Below, in pieces: positions 48,874 through 57,990 of a stretch of 64,000 bases of DNA (the first letter of the stretch is position 1; the number at the start of each line of letters is the position of its first letter). The notes below the pieces were generated by a model. The model saw nothing but the letters and a program-made list of their open reading frames with translations, was not told the origin of the DNA and ran no database searches. Both the position numbers and the translations under genes were made by a program. The DNA is from Candidatus Multivoradales bacterium (GTDB taxonomy: Bacteria; Acidobacteriota; Thermoanaerobaculia; Multivoradales; JAHEKO01). The stretch lies in the NCBI GenBank assembly GCA_965223155.1, contig CBDCVR010000014.1, positions 416,001 through 480,000 on the forward strand. The letters run 5' to 3'.

Positions 48874-49167
48874 ATGAACAAAACGGAAATGGCGGAAAAG
48901 CTCGCGAAGAAGTGCGACATCTCGCAGTCGAAGGCTCTCGAGTGCGTCAACGCGATCTTCGACACCAAGCCCGGTCAGGGCATCATCGCGGTCGAGCTGG
49001 ACGCCGGCCGCAAGGTCCAGATCGCCGGCTTCGGCGGCTTCGCCACCAAGCGCCGCGCTGCGCGTAAGGGCCGCAACCCGGCCACTGGCGAGACCATCAC
49101 GATCCCCGCGAAGAAGTACGCGACGTTCAAGGCCGCCAAGGGCCTGAAGGACCGCGTCTCCGAGTAG
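48874..49167 (+). CDS. hup: DNA-binding protein HU
   Basis: MNKTE, V.I.GFG.F, AARKGRNPATGE.I.IPA, FKA.K.LKD; RBS AAGGAG. Confidence 0.95.
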   Translation: MNKTEMAEKLAKKCDISQSKALECVNAIFDTKPGQGIIAVELDAGRKVQIAGFGGFATKRRAARKGRNPATGETITIPAKKYATFKAAKGLKDRVSE

Positions 49168-49192
49168 GCCGCCGTTCCTCACTGTTTTCGTC

Positions 49193-49227
49193 AAGCCCCG
49201 GACCGCTGTGCGGCCGGGGCTTTCTTT
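49193..49227 (+). terminator. Rho-independent terminator after hup
   Basis: AAGCCCCGG...CCGGGGCTT followed by TCTTT. Confidence 0.8.
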
Positions 49228-49255
49228 CTGCCTACGACTCCGGCGGGCTAGCTCC

Positions 49256-49756
49256 GTGCCGTTCCCCTACTACGCCAAACTGAGCAAAAAACAGCAGGCG
49301 ATCTACCGAGCCAGTGCCGCGATCGAAAGCGTCGATGTTCCGCGCCCGCAGGAGCTGGCTGCCGCGGTCGGCGCGATCGCCGACTCCCTGGCACGCGAGA
49401 ACCGCAGGGATCTAACCCTGGCCGTGCGGGAGCTTTGCGATCGGCTCACTCATCAGCTCGAAGTCTCCGGGGTGACGGTCAGTGTCCTGAGCGCCCGGCC
49501 TAGCGACGACTGGGGCGAGCTTCAGGGCCTTTACGAGCTGGCCGAAGACGGCGAGCCGGCGCGCATCACGGTTTGGATGCGTACCGCGCAGCGCAAGCAG
49601 CCCGTGGCCTTCCGCACCTTCCTGCGCACCCTGCTCCACGAACTCCTGCACCATCTGGACTACGAGCTTCTGGAGTTGAAAGACAGCCTGCACACCGAAG
49701 GCTTCTTCAAGCGGGAGTCCAGCCTGTTTCAGTGCCTGGTCGCAGACTCCGGCTAG
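49256..49756 (+). CDS. Conserved hypothetical protein with HExxH zincin motif
   Basis: TLLHELLHHLD, SLHT.GF; GTG start. Confidence 0.7.
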   Translation: MPFPYYAKLSKKQQAIYRASAAIESVDVPRPQELAAAVGAIADSLARENRRDLTLAVRELCDRLTHQLEVSGVTVSVLSARPSDDWGELQGLYELAEDGEPARITVWMRTAQRKQPVAFRTFLRTLLHELLHHLDYELLELKDSLHTEGFFKRESSLFQCLVADSG

Positions 49757-49938
49757 CCGGCGTTCGAGTCACAAGGCCGCGAGTCCTCGGACACTCGAGG
49801 CCCGCGACCGGCGTGCGATCCAGGTATCCCTGTCGTCCCGGTGAGACGCTCCACCGCGCGGAGCGACAGGGATCGGACACTTGCGGCCCCTTGGCCGAAG
49901 GTCGCCGAAGACTCCAAGCTATTGAAAAACGCTGGGGG

Positions 49939-50376
49939 CTAGGCGCTCAGCCGGGCGATCAGACGGCGTGCCGAACGCGCCGGAATCGAGACCTCGACGT
50001 TGACGTCGGGCTCGCGCACCTCGACCCGCAACTGTCCGCCTTCCTTCGAGATCCGTACGAAGTCTCCCCGATCCTCGACTTCGATCAGGGTCGCGTCCGG
50101 ACAATCCTCGAGAGCGGCGAGCATCCCGACCAACGCCGGCCCCCACTCATCCAGCTTCAGGTGCACCTCGTCGAGAGCGAGATCAGTGGTCGCCAGGGCG
50201 GCATCTACGACCGCCATCGGAACCGGCACCGCAAAGCTGGGGCCGTGAGCGGCGTCCACGCTCACGGTCATGATGCCGCCGTAGGCATAGACCGTACCGA
50301 TGAGGAGGCCCCAGCCCAGAACACTGAGGCCGAAAGCGACCGCGAGCACGATCAGGACTTTCTTGAAGGTCGTCAT
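49939..50376 (-). CDS. Membrane-anchored hypothetical protein
   Basis: RBS AGGAGG, N-terminal TM helix; resembles the adjacent ORF. Confidence 0.75.
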   Translation of the reverse strand: MTTFKKVLIVLAVAFGLSVLGWGLLIGTVYAYGGIMTVSVDAAHGPSFAVPVPMAVVDAALATTDLALDEVHLKLDEWGPALVGMLAALEDCPDATLIEVEDRGDFVRISKEGGQLRVEVREPDVNVEVSIPARSARRLIARLSA

Positions 50377-50416
50377 GAGTTCCTCCTGAATCTCTCGGGA
50401 TCTTGACTAGGAGGCG

Positions 50417-51001
50417 CTAGCGGGAGCGAGATTCGGCGATGTCGTCGACCCAGACCCGGACCTTCTCGTCGCCGTCGCGGATCGAAACCAGCTCTCCACC
50501 GCCCTGCGCCACCAACGCTTGCACGGCCTTGTCCAGATCGATCTCGTCACCGGCGAGCAAAGCGTCCACCACCGGCACCGGGATGCGAACATCGACTTGC
50601 TCGTCGCCGAAATCGTCCCGAACCTCGAAGAACACCGTGCCACTCTCTTTCCACACCCGAACCCTCTCCTCGTCCTCTTCGACGGTTACGAAAGTCATGT
50701 CCTCGGCATCACGCACCTCGGCCCACAGCTCCCGGAGGTTCTGGAGGCTCATGGACACGCCGCCGTCGTGATCCCAATGGACGTGCCCCCGGCGCACGTG
50801 GTCAGCGCGAAAGCGGTGAATCGGCAAGAGCGGCACCGCCTTCTCGACGAGGGCAATGGGCAGGTTGACGGTCACCTTGGTGCCGCCGTCGGCTTCGTCC
50901 ACGGTGACGTGCAGCCACAGATCGCTGGCTGCGCGCGCCGACCCAGCGAGCGCCGCGCAGGCGATGAAAGCGCTTAGATATCGACTTGTCTTGGATTGCA
51001 T
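50417..51001 (-). CDS. Secreted hypothetical protein with internal V.V.LP..LV repeats
   Basis: RBS GGAGG, signal peptide ending ARA, two similar halves. Confidence 0.75.
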   Translation of the reverse strand: MQSKTSRYLSAFIACAALAGSARAASDLWLHVTVDEADGGTKVTVNLPIALVEKAVPLLPIHRFRADHVRRGHVHWDHDGGVSMSLQNLRELWAEVRDAEDMTFVTVEEDEERVRVWKESGTVFFEVRDDFGDEQVDVRIPVPVVDALLAGDEIDLDKAVQALVAQGGGELVSIRDGDEKVRVWVDDIAESRSR

Positions 51002-51072
51002 CTTCGGTCCTCCACAGTCCGTCCTACCCCTTACGACGGGACCGGGGGTCGAAAGGTCCCGAGTGCGCCAGT

Positions 51073-51214
51073 TCACCGGGATGCAAACCGCAAGACTTTT
51101 CTTGTCGCGCACGTGACGCGACCTCTGCCCCGCCCTGCTACGGGATCACCGGGATGCAAACCGCAAGACTTTTCTTGTCGCAGTGACGCGACCTCTGCCC
51201 CGCCCTGCTACGGG
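51073..51214. repeat. ~70-bp near-perfect tandem duplication
   Basis: Copies at 51073-51144 and 51146-51214 differ only by small indels (GCGCACGTG vs GCAGTG). Confidence 0.92.
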
Positions 51215-51702
51215 CCGTCCAGCTCGTCCTCCAGGTTTGTCGAGAGACGATTGCGACGGAGCTTGTCGAGCTCGATCGACCCCGAGTTGTCGAACGACAT
51301 CTTGCGGGTACCGTAGGAACGCTCGAGAAAGAGCTTGCTCTTGATGCGGTAGGCCAGAGAGGACTGGTCCCTCGCCGTCAGAAGCTGCGACACCAGGGCA
51401 ACGTTGTTGACATGCAGAGCGACTTCCTGGGTCGCCGTGCCCAGGCGCGGGATCTCCATCGGCTCGGAGCTCAGCGCTTTGCCGATCTTGACGCCGTTCA
51501 GGTAGAGGCGAAATACGCCGCCGCCAATCTGCAAGGGCTCGGGATTCTCGTTCGAAAGCCGGATGGTAAAGGTCCCGGAGGTCTCGAACACCGTAAGATC
51601 GTCGAATTCGATGTCCACCAGCGCGACCTCCGGCGGCACGATTCCAAGAGTCGCGCAACCGGAGAGGCCGAGAAGGAGAACGGGCAAGAGTAGTTTCTTC
51701 AT
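51208..51702 (-). CDS. LEA type 2 / WHy-domain lipoprotein
   Basis: Lipobox LSGC, PP.V, L.N.N..PL, LYLNG..IG. Confidence 0.85.
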   Translation of the reverse strand: MKKLLLPVLLLGLSGCATLGIVPPEVALVDIEFDDLTVFETSGTFTIRLSNENPEPLQIGGGVFRLYLNGVKIGKALSSEPMEIPRLGTATQEVALHVNNVALVSQLLTARDQSSLAYRIKSKLFLERSYGTRKMSFDNSGSIELDKLRRNRLSTNLEDELDGP

Positions 51703-51845
51703 GCGCCCATTCTCTCCTGCTTTGGCGCGGAGGGGAAAGACCTTCCGGATATACTGCGCCGGCCGGTGGCGAGAGTCGCCCCCGCAAGCGGCGATCCGAA
51801 CCTCTTAGCGCACGCCGACCCAGCTTCCACCCGGAATCCCCAGCT

Positions 51846-53756
51846 TTGAGCGTCGAGCACGGTTTCACCGACCCAGCGCTGAGCGTCGCCCTGGCGATGG
51901 CCGTGGGCATGCTGGCTCAAGCCCTGGCCCGCCATCTGCGGATTCCCGGCATCGTTCTGATGCTCGCCGCCGGGGTCCTCCTCGGCCCGGACTTGATCGG
52001 ATGGATTCAGCCCGAGAGCCTTGGCAGCGCCCTCCAGACTCTGGTCGGCTTCGCGGTGGCGGTGATCCTCTTCGAGGGCGGCATCAACCTGAACCTCAAC
52101 CGGCTGCGCCACGAGGCCCGTAGCATCCGCCAGCTGGTCACGATCGGTGCCGTGGTCACCGCGATCGGCGGAGCCATCGCCGCCCGCCTCATTCTCGCTT
52201 GGGACTGGCCCCAGTCGATCTTGTTCGGCACGCTGGTGATCGTCACCGGACCGACGGTGGTCACACCACTTCTGCGCCGGCTCCGCCTGAAGCACAACGT
52301 GGCCACCGTGCTCGAAGCCGAGGGAGTCCTGATCGACGCCATCGGTGCCCTTATCGCGGTCGTCACCCTCGAAGTCATTCTGGCGCCTTCAGCCAGTCAG
52401 GTCGCCGCCGGAGCGCAGAGTCTCTTCGTTCGCTTCGGATCCGGAATCGTCCTCGGTTTGGTCGGGGGCGGGCTGATCGTTCTCCTGTTGCGCTCGGAAC
52501 GGCTGATTCCGGAGGGCTTGGACAACGTCGTTGTCCTGTCCCTGGTGCTGGCGCTCTTTCAAGGCAGCAATCATGTCTTCGCGGAGAGCGGCCTGGTGAG
52601 TGTCACCATCGCCGGCCTGGTGGTGGGCAACGTCAAGACCCGCCTCCTGGCCGAGCTCAAGGAGTTCAAGGAGCAGCTCACCGTACTCTTGATCGGCATG
52701 CTTTTCGTGCTGCTCGCGGCCGACGTGCGGGTCGACGAGGTGCGCTCCCTGGGCTGGCCCGGCGTCTGGACCGTGGTGGTGTTGATGCTGGTCGTCCGGC
52801 CGCTCAACATCGTGGCCGGCACCTTCCGTTCCGACCTCAACTGGAGGGAGCGGACCTTCCTGTCTTGGCTCGCGCCGCGCGGCATCGTGGCCGCCGCGGT
52901 GGCCTCGCTCTTCGCCCACGAGCTCGAGACCGCGGGCATCCCGGGCGGCTCCGAGCTGCGCGCCCTAGTGTTTCTGGTCATCGCCGCCACGGTCCTGGTC
53001 CAGGGGCTGACCGGCGGCTTCGTCGCGCAGGCGCTCGGACTTCGCCGTCCCAACAACTTCGGATTCCTGTTTCTGGGCGCCAACCCGCTGAGTCTCGCTC
53101 TGGCTCAGGCCTTCCGGGATTTCGGCAAGGAAGTCGTGTTCATCGACTCGAACCCGGACGCCTGCCGGTCGGCGGAAGAGGCGGGCTACCGGGTGCTCTT
53201 CGGCAGCGCCCTGTCCGAATCGGTGCTGATCCGCGCCGAGATCGAATCCCGGGCCGGGGTCCTGGCGGTCACCAACAACGACGAGGTCAACCTGCTCTTC
53301 GTGACGAAGGCCCGGAACGAGTACAAGGTCCCGAGAGCCTGGATGGCGCTTCGCAGCGGCCATCGGCGGGTCACCCCGGACATGGTCGGGCACGCGGGAT
53401 CGCGGGTGCTCTTCGCCAGCCCCCGCAACCTGGACCTGTGGACGGTCCGGGTCGAGCGCGGCATCGGCTCGCTCGAGTGCTGGACGCGCCGGCGCGGCGA
53501 GGACCGCAAAGCGATCGAGGAGATCGGGAACCCTCCGGATCCGGACAGCGTGCTCATCCCGCTAGCCGTCGTCCGGGGCACTTGGGTGCATCCGTTCGAC
53601 GACGAGCTGAGCTTCAAGAAGCGAGACCGGCTCTACGTCATCGTCAACAACGAGCGGCGCAACGAGGCCGAAGCCTGGTTATCGCAGATGGGCTGGCGCC
53701 CGCTCGAGGACGACGAGTCGCCGCGGGCCGAGGAGCCCGTGCCGGCGCCCGCCTGA
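51846..53756 (+). CDS. CPA1 cation:proton antiporter (NhaP-type) with TrkA_N domain
   Basis: ILFEGG, VTGPTV, LEAEGVLID, WLAPRGIVAA, RCK domain. Confidence 0.9.
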   Translation: MSVEHGFTDPALSVALAMAVGMLAQALARHLRIPGIVLMLAAGVLLGPDLIGWIQPESLGSALQTLVGFAVAVILFEGGINLNLNRLRHEARSIRQLVTIGAVVTAIGGAIAARLILAWDWPQSILFGTLVIVTGPTVVTPLLRRLRLKHNVATVLEAEGVLIDAIGALIAVVTLEVILAPSASQVAAGAQSLFVRFGSGIVLGLVGGGLIVLLLRSERLIPEGLDNVVVLSLVLALFQGSNHVFAESGLVSVTIAGLVVGNVKTRLLAELKEFKEQLTVLLIGMLFVLLAADVRVDEVRSLGWPGVWTVVVLMLVVRPLNIVAGTFRSDLNWRERTFLSWLAPRGIVAAAVASLFAHELETAGIPGGSELRALVFLVIAATVLVQGLTGGFVAQALGLRRPNNFGFLFLGANPLSLALAQAFRDFGKEVVFIDSNPDACRSAEEAGYRVLFGSALSESVLIRAEIESRAGVLAVTNNDEVNLLFVTKARNEYKVPRAWMALRSGHRRVTPDMVGHAGSRVLFASPRNLDLWTVRVERGIGSLECWTRRRGEDRKAIEEIGNPPDPDSVLIPLAVVRGTWVHPFDDELSFKKRDRLYVIVNNERRNEAEAWLSQMGWRPLEDDESPRAEEPVPAPA

Positions 53757-53772
53757 GCAGGCCCTGAGCAGT

Positions 53773-54642
53773 TTAGGACCCGTCCGGGGCCGTCGAAATC
53801 GCGGGTACCTGGCCCGGATCCCCGAGCACCAGCGCCGGGTCGACGCGGGCGCCGTGCCAGCGGACGCCAAAATGAAGATGCGGCCCGGTCGCCCGTCCGG
53901 TGGCACCGACGCTGCCGATCCGTTGCGCCCGGGCCACGGCCTGTCCCTCCTCGACCGTAATCTCGCTCAGGTGAAAGTACATCGAGATCATACGGTCTCC
54001 GTGATCGATGAAGACGCTCTTGCCCGAGAAGAAGAGATCATCGGCCAGCACCACCCTGCCCGCGCCCGCGCTCAGAACTGCCGTTCCCGCGGTGGCCGCG
54101 AAATCGGCTCCGGAGTGCGGGCTTCGCGGCTGGTCGTTGAAGAATCGGCGGGCGCCGAAGCGGCCGCCTTCGGACAGTTCCTCGAGCGGCGGCGCCAGCG
54201 GCAAGTACGCAACCTCCCCGGCACGGCCGGACCAAAGGCGTCCGACCCGGCTCTGGTCACTCCGGACGCGCGTCAGATCCTCGGCGCTGAGCGACACCTT
54301 GGAGTCGTCCTTGAGCGTGATGTACTGGACATCGTAGGGGTAGCCGGTGACGTCGACCACGGCCGTTTCGCGCTTGCCGCCCCGGAGCCGGAACACCGGC
54401 AAAGCGCCCTGGCGCTGAAGCAGGTCGATGGGAAACCAGCAGGCTCCCTGACGCGGCTTCCAGGTGGAATCGCCGCGGCCACAGGCGCTGATGCCGTCAC
54501 CCGGCCAGCGCACGACTCCACCGGGCCGGCTGGCGAGGCGCGGAGCCTCCCCGGCCGCGACCCCCTCGGAAACGGCTCCGGCCACGAGCAGGAAGCCGGT
54601 GAGGAATCGACAAGCCGCGCCGGCGCGCCGGGATCGAAGCAT
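53773..54642 (-). CDS. M23 family metallopeptidase
   Basis: HSGAD, IDHG, YFHL, TGRATGPHLHF. Confidence 0.9.
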   Translation of the reverse strand: MLRSRRAGAACRFLTGFLLVAGAVSEGVAAGEAPRLASRPGGVVRWPGDGISACGRGDSTWKPRQGACWFPIDLLQRQGALPVFRLRGGKRETAVVDVTGYPYDVQYITLKDDSKVSLSAEDLTRVRSDQSRVGRLWSGRAGEVAYLPLAPPLEELSEGGRFGARRFFNDQPRSPHSGADFAATAGTAVLSAGAGRVVLADDLFFSGKSVFIDHGDRMISMYFHLSEITVEEGQAVARAQRIGSVGATGRATGPHLHFGVRWHGARVDPALVLGDPGQVPAISTAPDGS

Positions 54643-54708
54643 GGCTAGCAGCCCGTGGTAGGAGTCCAGGCGGTCGCGCGACAAGGTCTTGCGGTGGGCG
54701 TGCATGGG

Positions 54709-56460
54709 CTAGTTCGGAACCGGCACGAACGGCATCTCGAGGACGCCGCGCGGCCGCGCGGTTTCCAGCACGACCCCGGCCAAGCGCCTGAGCTCGGCCA
54801 GGCTGGGCGAGGACGCCGCGCCTCTCGCCGGCGTGCCCAGGCGGGAGAACTGCTCGAAAAGCATCTCCCAACTGGACTTCGGATGGGGAAACTGCCGGAG
54901 TTGAAGTTTCGCGTCTTCGTCCAGGCCGAGCTCGTCCCGTACCGCGGCATAGGCCTCGGGGAAGCCGCCCAGGGCGTCCACAAGGCCCAGCTCGAGCGCC
55001 CGCTCGCCGCTCCAGATCCTGCCGCGGGCGACCCGATCTACGTGGTCCGGATCCAGTTCCCGTCCCGCCGCGACCTTGCCCACGAAGTCGGCGTAGATGC
55101 GGTCGAGCGACGCTCGCATCCGCTGCCAGCCGCGCTCGTCGAACTCGCTCATGCTGCTCCACATCTCGGCATTCTCGCTGGTGGCGACCGAGTCCGAGCT
55201 GAACCCAGCCTTGGCCAGCATGTCGCGCACCACCATCTTGCCGCCGTAGACGCCGATCGAGCCCGTGATCGTGCCGGGTTGGGCGATGATCTGATCGGCG
55301 TTCATGGCGATGAAGTATCCGCCCGAGCCGCCTACGTCTCCGATCGACACCACCACCGGCTTGCCCGCGTCTCGAGCCCGGACCGTCTCCCGCCAGATGG
55401 TGTCCGAGGCCACGTAGGAACCACCGGGGCTGTTGACTCGAAACAGGATGGCATCGACCGCGTCGTCCTCGACCGCGTCGCGGAAAGCCTCCGCCACGGT
55501 ATCGGCGCCCAGGTAGGTGGTATCCGCGAACGGATCGTAGCCACCCTTCCCACGGACGATGCCGCCGACGCCGTAGATCAGCGCCACGGTGGTGCGGCCC
55601 GGCAGTCCACCCAAGCCGCTGCCATAGGAGTCCAGCTCGCGGAATACGACGCGTTCACCCAACTCCTCCTCGAGCCGGTCGTAGACCTCGTCTCGGTAGG
55701 CCAGGCGGTCGACCAGGCCGGCCGCCACCGCCTCCTGGCCGAAATAGGGGCCGCCATCGAACAAGGCGCGGACTTTGGTCTCCTCCAAGTCCCGGGACGC
55801 GCTGATCGCCGAGACCATCTGGCCGAACTGTTCCTCGGCCAGTTCGCTCAGAGCCTCCTCGTGCCACTCGGTGAACTCGCGCTCGGTGTAGGTGTTCATC
55901 GCGTTCTTGTATTCGTGGCGGCCTTCGATCTGGGGCTCGAGCCCAAGGAGCTCGAAGGTCCCGGCCAGAAATGGCACCTCGTAGTGCAGCCCGGTCAGCC
56001 CAACGTCGCCCGACGGCTGGAGGTTGATCTCGGGAAAGATGCTGGCCAGGTAGTAGCCGCCGTTGCTGGGCCCGAACTCCCCGAAGGTCTCCGAGTAGGC
56101 CACCATCGTCTTGCCGCTGTCGCGGAACTCGGCCAACGCCTCGCGCAGCTCCTGGAGGGTCGCCAAGCCACCCGGGGACGCGCCGGTCTTGGCAACGAGT
56201 CCGATCACACGGTCGTCGCCGGCCGCGCGGCGGATGGCCGAGACGGCTTCCCGGAGCCGCAAGATCCGATCGCCCAGTGGCAGCGCCAGACCGTGAACCT
56301 GGAGATCCTCGGGAAAGCCCGCGGTCAGGTCGAGCTCCAACACGGTGCTCGAGGCAACCACGGGAGCGGCGGCGCCGCCGCGCCACAGCAGCACGCCGCC
56401 CAGGGCGGCCAAGACCACCGCCACCAGCGCCAAAATCAAGAGAACTGTTCTCACTCTCAT
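54709..56460 (-). CDS. sppA: Signal peptide peptidase SppA, long form
   Basis: YYLAS, YKNA, RVNSPGGS, GSGGY, TITGSIGV, GRIWSG..A..LGLVD.LGG. Confidence 0.92.
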   Translation of the reverse strand: MRVRTVLLILALVAVVLAALGGVLLWRGGAAAPVVASSTVLELDLTAGFPEDLQVHGLALPLGDRILRLREAVSAIRRAAGDDRVIGLVAKTGASPGGLATLQELREALAEFRDSGKTMVAYSETFGEFGPSNGGYYLASIFPEINLQPSGDVGLTGLHYEVPFLAGTFELLGLEPQIEGRHEYKNAMNTYTEREFTEWHEEALSELAEEQFGQMVSAISASRDLEETKVRALFDGGPYFGQEAVAAGLVDRLAYRDEVYDRLEEELGERVVFRELDSYGSGLGGLPGRTTVALIYGVGGIVRGKGGYDPFADTTYLGADTVAEAFRDAVEDDAVDAILFRVNSPGGSYVASDTIWRETVRARDAGKPVVVSIGDVGGSGGYFIAMNADQIIAQPGTITGSIGVYGGKMVVRDMLAKAGFSSDSVATSENAEMWSSMSEFDERGWQRMRASLDRIYADFVGKVAAGRELDPDHVDRVARGRIWSGERALELGLVDALGGFPEAYAAVRDELGLDEDAKLQLRQFPHPKSSWEMLFEQFSRLGTPARGAASSPSLAELRRLAGVVLETARPRGVLEMPFVPVPN

Positions 56461-56634
56461 CCAACCTGCTCCTAGGTCAAGATCCCGAAATTCCTCCGCG
56501 CCCGATCGGCGCCCGATCAGCGCCGGGTGCACCTCATGGTACGTTGAGTTCGGTTCGAGGTTAAAGTCCCTGACTGCCGAGCCAGGCCGGAGCAGCCGGC
56601 CGCCACCCTCGAAAAGGCAGCAACGGACAGAAGC

Positions 56635-57018
56635 ATGTTCCGCGTCGGCGCCGTCAGAGAAGCGATCCTGGACGTGGCCGGTCTGTCTCCTAGGCGCTTC
56701 TGGCAACCCCAGCCGGATGGCGACGGAACGGATGCGGCAGCACCGGTTTCTGGCAAGGAGGCTCACGAGATCGTCGCCCGGGCTCGTCGCCGCGCCTTGG
56801 CCGCGGTGGGAATCGACTGGCTCTCGATCCTCGTGTTGGTGGTGGTGCGCGGCCGCACGGGGCCCGTCCTGCCTCTGGGGGCCGGCGAAGAAACGGTTAT
56901 CGCACTCGCCCTGCTGGCGATCGCCACCCATTCCGGCTTCAGGCTGGGCCAGCACGAGACCTACCGAGCCGCCGCACACGCTCTCGACGAGCTGGATCAA
57001 CGGACCGATTCGTCCTAG
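56635..57018 (+). CDS. Hypothetical membrane protein
   Basis: Two hydrophobic segments in a 127-aa ORF occupying the intergenic space. Confidence 0.55.
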   Translation: MFRVGAVREAILDVAGLSPRRFWQPQPDGDGTDAAAPVSGKEAHEIVARARRRALAAVGIDWLSILVLVVVRGRTGPVLPLGAGEETVIALALLAIATHSGFRLGQHETYRAAAHALDELDQRTDSS

Positions 57019-57046
57019 GGGCTTGTTGAAGGCCGAGGCGAGGTCT

Positions 57047-57880
57047 CATCCGCGGCTGGGGCGAGTGCGCGGCGGTCAAGCTCGGCCAGCAGCTCGCGGA
57101 GCTTCGCCTCCAGAACCGAGCGGTGTTCGGGTCCCAATCGTAGGACCAGCTTCTGCACCGGCGCCAGGGCCTCGAGCTCGGAGTCCGCGAACCGGTAGCC
57201 CCGAACGGCCGGCTCCCAAGACGATCGGCCAGCCGGGATCAGGCGTCGCCAGGATCACCGCGGCCGCTTGGCGCAGGGTCGCCTCGAACTTGCGCTCGGG
57301 GGTACCCGAGGTCACGATAGGCGCGCTCGGTGAGCGGCCGCAACTCCTCCAGAATCGTGGCCAGCCCGGCGGCGTCGAGACTCGCCAGAACCCGGCTCAG
57401 GCCTTCGAACCTCGCGTAGCTGGTCGCGCCCAAGGTTACCGAACCGGCACCGCCGTCGGGCGCAAAGGTCGTTCCGGGCGAGACAAAGCCCGCCTGTGAG
57501 CGCGGGATCTCGCCGCGCGCGACCGCATCCACGGCTGCCACTCCCCGGCGCACAAGTTCGTCGTGGGCCAGCCAGCGGGCCCACTCCGGATGGCGTGAGA
57601 GGCCCGCAGCCAGCGCCCTCAGAAACGCATCGCTGGCGTCCAGCTCCGGCAGGGGTCCGGGCGAGGAAAGGGGCGCGGCCGTGGACGACACCTCACTCGC
57701 CTCCGGCTCTTGCGCCGCCGCCGGAGCCCCGGCGCTGGGTGCTTCGATGGCTCGCGAACGCTGCCAGAGCCAGCCGGCCCCGGCGGCCACCAGCAGAAGC
57801 GCCAGCGCCGCCGCCGGCCAAACCGGCATTCCCTGTCCGCGACGCGGCCCTTCGGTGGGCTGGTTTCGATAGGTGTCCAT
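57047..57880 (-). pseudogene. DUF3014-family protein with two frameshifts
   Basis: LP.LD.SD, SYARF, AY.DLGYP | ERKFEATL.QA...ILATP | YRFADSELEAL..VQKLVLRLGP, in three successive frames. Shifts at ~57300 and ~57216; 3' end approximate. Confidence 0.75.
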
Positions 57881-57990
57881 AGCGGTTCCTCTTGGCGTTT
57901 CGGTGAGGCTGGTTCGAGCGTTGCGCCGCCGCCGCGGTCGGACGATCCGAACAGTCCGGCCCGCCCGGGAGGCGCTGCTACACTCCCCGC

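Noticed and set aside
51073-51214. CRISPR array
   Set aside because: Two adjacent ~70-bp copies with no spacers and no cas genes.
3090-56475. Many long antisense or alternate-frame ORFs (e.g. 3090-4904, 11340-13094, 14050-15267, 20655-22688, 54655-56475)
   Set aside because: Shadow ORFs expected at high GC; they overlap well-supported genes and carry no motifs.
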